Assembly (NCBI GenBank): GCA_039545335.1
Contig: BCIN01000004.1
Coordinates: 610,925 to 674,924, forward strand
Reading direction: 5' to 3'
Length of the DNA stretch: 64,000 bases
Origin: Kondoa subrosea
Taxonomy: Eukaryota
Below are positions 53,801 to 64,000 of the stretch, one piece after another. Both the position numbers and the translations under genes were made by a program. The notes under the pieces are model-generated. The model was not told the origin of the DNA and ran no database searches. It saw only the letters and a program-made list of their open reading frames with translations. Numbering within the stretch: the stretch's first letter is position 1; every line of letters begins with the position of its first letter.

Positions 53801-55139
53801 AAGTTGCCATAAAGACGATCGTAATTCTATAACCTCTTGTGTCTCTCCAAGTAGTATGCCTCGACTTCTTGCCCTCTCTGTTGACCGCATCTTCTCTATC
53901 GAACCCTTCACCCAAATCTTCCGCTTCCACCCTTCCTTTCCAACCACCAGACATTTGGTAAAATTCCCATACACTGAAAGCTCCCAAAGCCACAAACGTC
54001 CAGAACCAGATCAAAGACATGCCGAAAGCGGAAACAAAATCAAAACCTAGAGCTGAAGTGATTGTATTGAAAGTACTAAAAACGGAAGAAGAAGCTTGAC
54101 CAGCTTTGATAGGTGCGCGAGTGAAAAAAGTAAGAGCCAGACTGAGCATTTGGAACATGTCGCGAAAGACCTCCACATTCATTAGACCGATGGCGTAAGT
54201 AGATCCTTGAGCTCCTAGAATCCCGTCTATGAGTGTACCGAGCGCAGCATCTAGTCCCATGAAAGGTGCAGGAGCAGTCTTGTTCTGTTGAAGATCCGCA
54301 ACAGTGAGTGATTCAGGTAAAAGATGCATGGGAGGTAAAATGTTTGCTCGAGGATTCAGTAGTTTGCTTGCATGTTTCGAATGAGGTTTCTTCTTTCGCT
54401 TCCAGAAAGCCCAAGTGAATTCTTGTGGTTCTTCTAACCATGTATACCAATCTTTCTTCTCTTCTTCACTTAGTACAGTCTCAGTATCGGTGAAACGGAA
54501 AGTTGGAATTGCTTCCAGGTATCGATCAAGAGCTGGCAGATCCAGAGGTTTGGCAGACCGAGAGAAAAGATCAGACGCTGGTATATCTGAGGTCTGAGAA
54601 GACAGAGCACCGCTGGATCTTGACGGTGGTAGGATTGGCCGCTTGAGAGTGTGCGAAGGGATTTCGAATGATGTTTCATGCTTTTCACTAGGAGGTTCTG
54701 CTACCAGAGTACTGCTGTTCGATATGATAGTGGATGCGAAAGATACTGTTCTTGACGAAGATACGCGCTGATTCAACGCAGGTCGGTTCAGTCCCTCCAA
54801 TCTGACTTTCGTTTCCCGGGGAGGTAAAAGCTCTGCTATATCGCCGGTCTCTTCTTCAACCCCTGGTGCACTACTTGAAGCTAGTGTGAGGTCTTGCTGG
54901 ACTGAGCCAGACTGAGCTTCCTGAGGTGGAAGCGGGGCTTCTTTTGTGATCTTTCTGATCTTGATCTTGCGCGGACCAGAAGATACAGGCGTGCTCGTTG
55001 ATGGCAATGGAGTTGAGATTACTCGAGTAGCTCTGAGTGGTATATCCTCAGACTTCAAATCGCTTTCGAATTTCGACACAAGCTGAGAGATGCGCGCTGA
55101 AGTCTTGCGCGCATGCTTGGGTCTTGAGTTGGACGACAT
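50863..55139 (-). CDS. Large conserved fungal multi-pass membrane protein of unknown function
   Basis: Five long exons; disordered N-terminus, LDLPALDRYL, FRDMFQM, YVPLTKISISALVWSSDFWAV, FDKENCLFR, several TM helices, long soluble C-terminus (FFGRADVVPFPF, WFIVFDDVWRRN). Confidence 0.8.
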
Positions 55140-55767
55140 GAGAATACAATGAAAGTGCGACCAAGCGCTGGAAATGGAACGAAGCTCTCTTTTCGGTCCA
55201 GATTTATTGCAAATAGGAGGTCTGCCAGTGCTTTATTGTCTCGCGTGCCAGAGCGGGTTAGCACCTTGAGTGTCTTCATCAGAAGCGATGTAAGTAGCAT
55301 CTTTGGTATATCACGGCTGTCTGCAACAGAGAGCGCGCAAGCAAGATCTCAAAAGCTGTGTATCTCATCAATTATCAAGCGCAAAAAAAATCTCAAACAT
55401 TCCGGCGGTCGTGTGCAAGATCTGTGTATATTCACATATTGGGATGAATATGCTGAGGACACCCTTTCACAATGCAACGTAAACCCAATGTACGATCTAA
55501 AACTTGGCAATAGTTGTGTCCTCCAAGCTGATTGAACCGATTAAACAGAGCAATAGGATAAAGGAAAAAGGAACTGACCTATGTCGGTAGCTTGCATCGT
55601 AAGGCCCGCATCGCCCTGACAATTGGGGTTTTTCGTATGCACCTCTCGCAATTTGGGATAACTTGATGAGCGAAGATCGCTTGAAGCAATAAGCGGTGTT
55701 GTCAAGTTTACTGTGACATAGCAGCTGACTTCCAAAGATGTCGACCGACTTCGAAGGAAAGACAGCT

Positions 55768-56718
55768 TCAGGGATCCGATATCCGCTCAAATCGAATGAA
55801 GTCGACCTCGATATCCTTTGAAGTCTGTTTATGGAAACGCATTGTCTTGGGTAGATCATACTATCTCAGCGTTAGTGTGTCAAGTGTGTCATGTGTAAAT
55901 AGAAAGAAATGTGACGCACGCGCATTTGAGCAATGACTTGAGCTTCGTAGCCAAAAGCTTGCGCTCGCTTTAAAATATGTGTTCGAGTTGATGATTTGTG
56001 TAGAGCTATTCAGAATGTCAGTCTTATTTGCGCTTTGTCAAGTAGTAGACGAACAGTATACAGCGGTTGTCGCAATCTGTTGGCTGATTTAACTTGTTTC
56101 AAAATCAAATCTGATTGCATTCCATACCTTACATGCTCGCTCTAGGAAGACCATGTCTATATTAGGCGTTTTCGTGCCTACACAGATGTGAGCTTATAAC
56201 CAATTATGCCAAACTGTCACTGACCGAAAGGAGGATCTGCAGGTCGGATGAGCAGTAGAAGAACGACGGAAGAGAGTACAGACTCATGATGACAGTATCG
56301 AAGCGTCCTTTCAGCCCGTCGAGCACACTCGCCTCGCTAACAGGCATGACTTTGGCACGAAGCAGATCAATTTCTTCCTCCAATTCCATTTCGATCAGGT
56401 TCTCCTTAGCTACTTCCAATGCTGAAGCATCCAAATCCACCCCCAAAACATGTCTTGATTTGGAATGAGACAAAGTCCAACATCGAGGCAGAACGAAACG
56501 AACGCAGCTCCAGCTATTCGAGCAGCTATACTCAACACACAAGTCCCACAACCAAGATCCAGTACAGAACGATCTTCTATATCCCCAAATTGCGACGAGG
56601 CAGAGAAAATCATTTGTGCAGCGAGATGGGGTGAAGTCACGTATTGCTCTAGCATAGGATTGGAGACGGTGAAGCCTTTGAGGCCTTCTAGCTGAGATTG
56701 GAGCTCTTTGAGGCGCAT
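55768..56718 (-). CDS. METTL5: METTL5-family N6-adenine RNA methyltransferase
   Basis: MRLKELQSQL..LEQYVTSPHLAAQM, GDIEDRSVLDLGCGT, FDTVIMNPPFGTK, IDMVFLERA, SLHKSSTR, YDLPKTMRFHKQTSKDIEVD. Confidence 0.9.
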
Positions 56719-57183
56719 GAACTGTAACTATATGTAGGTGATTGCTGCGAGACAAGCGAAGACACAAATATCAATTGCAATATCAGTGCCATGACAGGAT
56801 CAGATAAGACACTCCATATTACAGATACGTTTTGATACAAGCTAGTCTGAATTGCCTCTAATTTCTTGAGACCGCATCGTCGCTTACCTGCTTTGCACTC
56901 AACATGCTATCATTCCATTCGCCCTCTGGCGAGACGCAAACATAGATTCTTCCGTGATATTTGTCCGGGAGGTGAGCGAAGAAATATAGGCAACGAAGAA
57001 GTCGACAGTAACGAAGGATTGCGAGACAGCAGAAGCTCGAATACTGTTCCTAACAGCCCAGCCCCAGGTCGAAGATGTTTGCGAATTCGAGAAACATTTT
57101 GCGACCATCTGCAAAGGCGTCGAGATCTTGACTTTCTGAGCTATCGGATTGCAGATCTATATGGTGTTCTCGCTTCGTATTTT

Positions 57184-58396
57184 TCATATTGAGCTATTGT
57201 CTTCTGCCATAACAGACTTCGTTTCGCTTGCGGGTACGGAAGTATCTTCCATCTTCGTGGCAGGCTCGAAAGATACTTGATCGATATTAGCGGACTTCAG
57301 AGATTCGGCATGTTCCTTCGATTCGTTGACATCTGAGGCTGCCTTCTCTTGCGCGTCATCTTCATCTGCTGATTCTTTATCTTCTTCCTCTTGGTCGTCT
57401 ACAGCCGAGCCTTCTGCAGGTTGATCGAACTTCCGCTTAGGCTGATTCCAACGGTTTTAGCACATGTCTTATGGCACATGCAGGAAGCTCACTATGACAG
57501 CATAAAAAGCTTGTTCCCAATCCCTCGTTTCGATCCATCTCACCAGGATTTCATAGCATTGATTGACAGTCAAGACTTTCCTACTCGACATATTGCGAAC
57601 ATATTGACCAATTGGAAGTTGAGCATGAGATATATTCAATTGTCTTGCTCGATCATAGCAAAGATTCTACTGCAAATGTCAGACCAATGACAGTCGAGCA
57701 AGAGAGGAACAAATCTACCTTGTATCGATTGCGATCTACTATTGCACCCAGAACATAAGATTTCCCTGGCTCTAATTCTTCCAATACATTAGGTGAGTCG
57801 GCTGTCAAGTATACTACTGAGTCTTGCTGCGGTTCTTTCGAATCCATAAGAGTTTCCAGACTATCTTCCGTGAATTTGACACCTTCCCACCGTTGATGTG
57901 GTATTCCTTTAATGCTGTTCATTCGTTGCGCTAGTCGACCATTGAAAGAAGTGCATAGCAGTGGTAGCGGATTGACGCTATACCTCATGCTCGAGTAACA
58001 ATGAGCTACTTGTTTCTGTAGCGAACCGATTTCCTAATGCATTATCAGCTCAGCCTTTTATTCAGAACCCAATCAACTGACTTTATCCAACATCTTATCA
58101 TCGAAAGCGAGCTCCAGAATACAATGTCCATCCCAAGGTTTGATTTCTTTGGGATTCGGTTTTCGCTTCTTGTTCACAGGAGCGACTTCTTCTCCAGCTT
58201 CAATAGCTTCCCTTCGCTCTGCCTTCTTCCTTTTCTTGGCAGCTCGCTCTTTCGCTCGTCTTTGCAATTTCGTAGACTCGTAATGTTCTTGCTTCTTTAG
58301 CTTGCGTTGTTGATTCTTTGACAGCTTGGGAGCTTCACTAGGGTCAGGTATAGCGCTTGTTGAAGCTTCAGGGGTATGCTCCTCTGTATCTTCCAT
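57184..58396 (-). CDS. TRM10: tRNA m1G9 methyltransferase (SPOUT)
   Basis: LSKNQQRKLKK, LELAFDDKM, VVYLTADSPNVLEELEPGKSYVLGAIVDRNRYK, AQLPIGQY..RKVLTVNQ. Confidence 0.93.
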
Positions 58397-58486
58397 TGGT
58401 ATATCGATGTTTCGCACCAAAAGAGAGCTTGAAGAGATGCATCAAGTCAAGTATTTCTAAGTGTTTCGCTATCTACACAGAAGTCT

Positions 58487-60860
58487 CTAGATCGCCTTCA
58501 ATGCCATCTCCACTACCTTTAGTAGCTGTATAGTCTTCTCTTCTTCCAAGCGTCGACAGGTCAAGGTAAGTCCTACCTTTGCCCCGACAAAACGCTCAGG
58601 AGAGTCATCTGCAGCAAGTGAGTAGGAACACCCAAAGAGAAAGACAAGGACGCACAAGTACTATCAGCTTTAGCATCATAAGCAGATAGAGGGACAAAAT
58701 CAGCTTTGCGCAAGTCGTTCGATGATACTTCAGTAACAGGGAACGAGGCAGTAGTGAGATCCAAGCTATTTCAGCATTAGCCAATGCGATTACGCCAGAC
58801 GAACGACTAACAGAGGTCCCAAAGCTGTATAAGCCCAAGGCAAAGATTCTCCAATGGGCTGAAAAGCAACATCAGCTGAATTGTCTCAATGCGCCGCTGA
58901 TAAGACTTACTGGAGCAGGGGTAGGTACGATAGGGTGGATCAAACAGTCTATCTTGGCCTGATTCCATCTTTCTAGCCAAGAGCGAGCCAAATCGTCCCG
59001 GTCGAGAACATAGCCATAAGAGTCAAGAACGCCAGGTTCAGGATATTTAAGTGATCCATTAATCCAGTCCCCAGTTTCCTTTGGCCTTTGTTCAAAGTCA
59101 GCAAGACCTAAGACAGATTTCACAAAGCTTTACCAAGGTTCTGCAATCACGATCAGTCATGAAAAAAAATTCTTGAGTGGCAGGCTTACCTCCCGATGCC
59201 TGAAGCTCACGAGCGACTGGCGGAAAGATGAGTCACGTCTTACGATGCACATCTAACTCACAGATCTCGCCTTGATCGGCCAGCAACATCTGTGAAGTCA
59301 TTCAGCATGTGATCAAAGCCGATTGAGAGAGACTGCTGACGCTACCGAGTATACCTTGCGCTGTTATGATCTCGCTCGGACAGAATTCGATGATTTCGTG
59401 ACCAGCAACAGCAAGAGCGTCTTTGACCAAATGCAATGCTCTTTGAAAAGGTGGAGAAGGTTGAACGGTGCCATCACCTTTGTCGCTCCAACCGAATCGC
59501 AATACTTTCTTCGGTAAGGTAAAAGAAGTCCATGGCATGGGGACGACCTGAGGATCATGCAGCCACGGTCGCTTTTGAGAAACAGCCTTCATGAAGAGTT
59601 CTATATCGTCGACAGAATGACAGAGCGGGCCTGCAGTAGAATGAACGCCTTCTAAGCCGGGATAAGAAGTTGCTGAGCCTTGCAAAGACAAGACACCATG
59701 TGATGGTCGTAAAGCGTATAGGCCACCAAAGCATGCTGGAAGTCGTAATGAGCCACCAATACTGAGATGACTTATCAGGTTACTGTGACAAAAAGAACAG
59801 CAATGCGTACTCGGAACCGATGCTGATCGGAGATCCACGAAAAGCGACAAGGGCTCCGCAACCGCCGCTACTTCCGCCAGGACTATGCTTGCGATTGATT
59901 GGATTCAAGGTTCGACCAAACTTGAATGCGAATCAGCAGATCAGTGGAGTGCCGCTTGAATGAGACTCACCAGATTGCTTTCAGTGTCTCCTGACATCAA
60001 TGTAGTTGGGCATGTAGTCTTACAGAAGGGTATGGCACCCGCTTGCTTGCAAAGAAATACGAGCGTAGCATCTTGTTGTGCAGGTTGATCGCACTTGCCA
60101 ACATATGCCATAGTGGTGTCGACACCTTTGATATCAAATTGGTCTTTGAAAGAGATGGGAAGACCATGCAAGGGACCAATACTGCCAAGAATGATTCGAG
60201 CAGTGCGCAGATAACAGATTAAGGGCTTACGTTTTGTTTTCTCGAGCGTAGTATCTATCCAGCTCTTCAGCTTCCTTGATAGCTTCCTCAAATCGAATCT
60301 TGAGTTCATATCAGCACAGCCAGAAGCCGATTTTCGAGGTAGATCTTACCTCAGTAACGCAGTTGAGTAGTTCTAGGATAATACTCAGTTTTCCATTGCC
60401 ATCGTGAAGGGCAATGCTTACGTTGTGCAATAGTAGCTCTGTGGCAGAATGCTTTCATAACTTGCACAGCAGACCACTTTCCGGATTTAACATTCTTTAC
60501 GATTTCGAACGCCGAAGATCCAGTAATGACGAGCTCCGGCTCCTTCAGGTAGCCAGAAGCGTTGATCCAGTCGGTGACATTTGTGACTGAATCGCTAGGC
60601 AAGGAAGCTTGCGGAATCAGCCAATGCTCAGGAAGCTTTGCATCCCGCTGTTCACGCTTGAGTTTTGCGGTTTCTTTCCAGTCAAGTCGATCTTGATCCG
60701 GCGTACTAGGCCGAGAGCTATCGGTTTCAGACAGCGGGTAGTCTGATGAAGCTATAGAAGCTGTAGAAGGCGCACGACTATTGCTCACGTGGCTGATTTG
60801 TTCATCGTGAGCTTCGAGAGTGAGTTGAGTAAGAACAGGAGTAGAGCAAGAAGAAGCCAT
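58487..60860 (-). CDS. Amidase-signature family enzyme (acetamidase-like)
   Basis: AFCHRATIAQ, GPLHGLPISFKDQF, FGRTLNP..PGGSSGG, IGSDIGGSLRLPA, GLYALRPSHG. Confidence 0.93.
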
Positions 60861-61468
60861 TCTGTCAATGTAGCAGATAGAGAAGGAAGGAATTTCAGAA
60901 CGAATGGATGAATTTGCCTTACGTCCGTGATCCGTCGCGATCAGGTGAAATGTCCATTGCTGTGCGTAAGGACAACGATCAACAGCAGACCGGATATCAC
61001 AGCTTGCGTATAGATCCGTGGTCCAATCGGGCCAAGAGAAGCATTTAGCGATGCGAGTCCGGTCAGGAAGGTATTTGCGTGGCGACAATTAATGAAACAG
61101 GCAATGCTCCGCAAGATCTACAGAGCTTTACGTACAGCAGATACAGGAAATGTCTCGCAGAGCAAAGCGAGGAGAAAAAGCAGTCAACAACGGGACAAGC
61201 GCGAATCGAGGCAACAGCGAGAATTGCAGAGCGCAGTAGAAGACAGCATCCATCGAGAAGATGATGAATACAGTGAACAGTAGAGCTCTTCTCTGCTTCG
61301 TGATCAAAGTGACGGTAAATCGAAGATCTCGAGTTCGCTTGCAAATGACCTGATCTGGTCGCAAAGTCGTTGTCTGGCTGCCGGAGTCAAGCCCTCCGTC
61401 AAAAGGAGAGATCCTCGCTGTTGCCGTTGCATGGATGGAAAGAGTGATAAAACTAAACCTGGCATTTG

Positions 61469-62420
61469 TCATGCTGCACCTTTGACGACATGCGATAAGA
61501 CAGTGGCAACAAGCTTTCGTCCTCTAGCAATCTTCTGCGCTTGGCGTTCCTCCTGTGCTGCTCCTTCATACCGGACAGCTGTCATCAATAGTTGTTGGAA
61601 GATTGCATGCGAAGCAAGTTGTTCTTCCATCTTCCATTTCTCCTTTAATTTTTTTTCGTACAACGTAAAAGAGCAGTATTGTTCGAAAAGATGAATCAGG
61701 GTTTGTAGGCGCAAGGAATTGATGAGACTATTTTGAAGAGTTCCGACGACCAGATTCTCGTACTGTTCACGGTAGTATTCCATTCGCATACTGCTGATGT
61801 AGTCGTATGCTGACAGAGCCAATTCTATCTCTACTTCAGAAGGAGGTAGCAAATTGGTGCTTTGCATCTTTGCGGTCTGCAGAGCTTGCCAGAACTCCTG
61901 CTTCAGTCCGGCATGGACAGCACTAATTTGCTGCAAATTGGACTCTCGCAAGAGTTGTTACGACTGAAGGGTCCCTGCGTGTTTGTCTTCTTCTTCAAGT
62001 AAGCAAGTAGTTCTGGCTGTTTCGTCTTGTCTAAATCTGAGATTTGCGGCATTTTTTAATCGAGTGCTTCAGGTCTCAAGTACGTAGCCCGCTTGGGTTC
62101 GCCATTCGGACCAGGCAGACGATCAGCATATTTACTGAATTCGAGAGGATCAAGAGAAAGACAATCGGTCCAGCATTCTGTTTTATGCTTAGCCCATTTC
62201 TTGTGGACAACGTACTGTTCAATTGACTGTCGTGCGCTGCTCCGAAGGCATCTTGCGTTATAATTGTGTAGCTTCGAAAAGATTCGAGTTCATGAACTCG
62301 AGCTGACAGTGTTGTTTAGAGTCATACGAAGGTATCAAACCCGAGGAGCAGATACAGAGGGTATATTGTAGATCTCAGCAGTCTATCACTACCCTCGTGG
62401 CCGCTCGAGATGGAAGCATG
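61469..62420 (-). CDS. Hypothetical protein (start uncertain)
   Basis: 160-codon open frame 61469-61951 can be extended upstream through three short GT-AG introns; no recognised motif. Confidence 0.4.
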
Positions 62421-62772
62421 TTTTTGGATCTTACCTGCTTACATCGACTTGCGCAAAGGAGTCACAAAAGACTTCTGGATCAAATGTACTGCGCTGAGCC
62501 AGGATGGTAATTCCGTTCCAGTTCAGCAGATTTTATTCATTTCACCAATCTCTGGCTGTCTTATCTAATCTTATTCAACCTCGGCGGTACTTTCCCCTAT
62601 TGCTCTACGGTTGTTTCGGCATTCCCCTTATGTTGCGCGACGGCTGACTTATCAAAAAGAGGGGTGCGAGCTCTTTTAGTGATAAGCTTTGCACTATTAT
62701 TTCAACCACTCTGTCTTCTTCTCGTACCAAACACGATTCTGTCACTTTCTTTGTACGGCTCACTACCAGATT

Positions 62773-63914
62773 ATGTCTGTTTCTAAGGTCTATTTGATTT
62801 CTGGTGCAAAGTGAGGCTGTTTGACTCCCGACATTATCGTATGCTGACAACACTCTCTTTTTCTCGCAGCCGCGGTATAGGCTACCAGCTTGCAGCGCAA
62901 TTGATCGAACGCAATACCACTAGTCAGCTAAACATCTCGCTGTAGTGCTCATGAGATTGAGCCCTGGTCTTTAGTTGTATTTGCTGGTGCACGCGATCCT
63001 ACCAAAGCTACCGAGCTGAAACAATTGCAAGAGAAAGATCCGGCTCGATTACACATCATCAAGCTCACTTCTGCTTCAGTCGAAGACAATGCAGCAGCTG
63101 CCGGGGAAATAAAAAATCAGGTTGGCCATCTTGACGTGCGCATCGCTTGTGCTGGTACGCAATTTTGTTCACAGAAGATTGATCAATTTCGCTCGTTTCC
63201 TTTTAAGGAGTCTCTGCGCTTTCTGGTAATATCGCCAATGCGCCTTTGGAACACTTCGAAGAGCAATGGAAGGTCAATACTCTTGGTCCAATTGTTCTGT
63301 TTCGCGCGACTCGTCAGCTTCTCCTCAAATCAAGCAACGCACAGTCCTTTGCCATGTCTTCCAGAGTCGCTAGTCTTACAGACATGATGGGTGGTATACC
63401 TAACGCACGTAAGTAACTCATATCCGCAGTTGTGTTCTCAGCTCAACTTCGTGTTCTATGATGCTAAGCTTACGCATGCAGCAAAGCGTGATTTGTCTCT
63501 GCCTTCTGAATCTGCTGCTTTAGGCTAATACTACTCAAAAGTGCACTGAACTATCTGGTCAAGAAGCTAAGCTACGAAGAAGAGAAGATTACGAGTGTTT
63601 CTTTACACCCCGGTATCGTTGTATGTTCAGGACTCTCTTCTACTCATCATCTGTGTTTTGATATTCTGCTTTGCGCAGTCCACCAATATGGGCAATCAAG
63701 CACTCAAAGATATGGGAATGACTGCAGCAGACATGGCAGCTTTTGGCGCTGTTCTAATCACCCCTGAAGTTTGCGCACAAGCTTTGATTGCTTTCTTTGA
63801 CAAGGCCAATCGAGAAGATCATAGTAAGTCTTTCTAGCGAGGATTGGAAACGTAGGCTAATGTAACGTAGGTGGTCATTTCTTAGATTACGAAGGCAAAG
63901 AATTGCCATGGTAG
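62773..63914 (+). CDS. Short-chain dehydrogenase/reductase (Nor-1/C-factor-like)
   Basis: MSVSKVYLISGANRGIGYQL, VFAGARDP, HLDVRIACAG, VNTLGP, YACSK (YxxxK), LHPG, GHFLDYEGKELPW. Confidence 0.9.
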
Positions 63915-64000
63915 TGTATTTTCTGTGCAATGCCGCTAGTCGAAGTAGGGATCATGACCACCGAGTATTCGGTATTTATAGGACGATTGAACGGATTTGC

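Noticed and set aside
60861..61088. Stop-free in-frame extension upstream of the amidase ATG
   Set aside because: It begins at TTG and has no recognisable targeting signal; chance is sufficient.
62284..62301. Perfect 18-bp palindrome tcgagttcatgaactcga
   Set aside because: About 0.25 such palindromes are expected by chance in 64 kb (64000/4^9), and it probably lies in an exon.
1..64000. Many fragmented ORFs suggesting pseudogenes or an alternative genetic code
   Set aside because: The breaks I examined are explained by short spliceosomal introns under the standard code, apart from the two tandem duplications.
1..64000. Transposons, tRNA/rRNA genes, CRISPR arrays, viral insertions
   Set aside because: No transposase, RT or integrase motifs, terminal repeats, cloverleafs or spacer arrays seen by eye; a covariance-model search was not possible.

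Overview
Gene-dense eukaryotic DNA from a fungus, most likely a basidiomycete (inferred from many short ~40-65 nt GT-AG introns, micro-exons and basidiomycete-style proteins). I rebuilt about 27 distinct intron-containing genes by hand-splicing the ORF fragments: aldo-keto reductase, OPA3-like, V-ATPase subunit a, GPI-anchored GH16, cohesin Scc3, FMO, chitin deacetylase, Apd1/Aim32-type ferredoxin, YeeE/YedE sulfur transporter, SMP3/PIGZ, an ABCC transporter, zf-MYND protein, UPF0643-like protein, Pelota/Dom34, CHL1, TFIIE-beta, Syp1, METTL5, TRM10, amidase, an SDR and several hypothetical proteins. Boundaries are manual and some ends are approximate. I saw no rRNA, tRNA, CRISPR array or transposon. 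Structural oddities are a ~3.2 kb apparently identical duplication around a 100-N gap (probably an assembly artefact) and two short frameshifting tandem duplications (35 bp in SMP3, 23 bp in the ABC transporter). The 35 bp one could in principle be rescued by a new 47-nt intron. Several catalytic or ligand motifs sit on tiny exons, two of them frame-symmetric. I cannot demonstrate a new biological system from sequence alone; the best leads are given as testable hypotheses.
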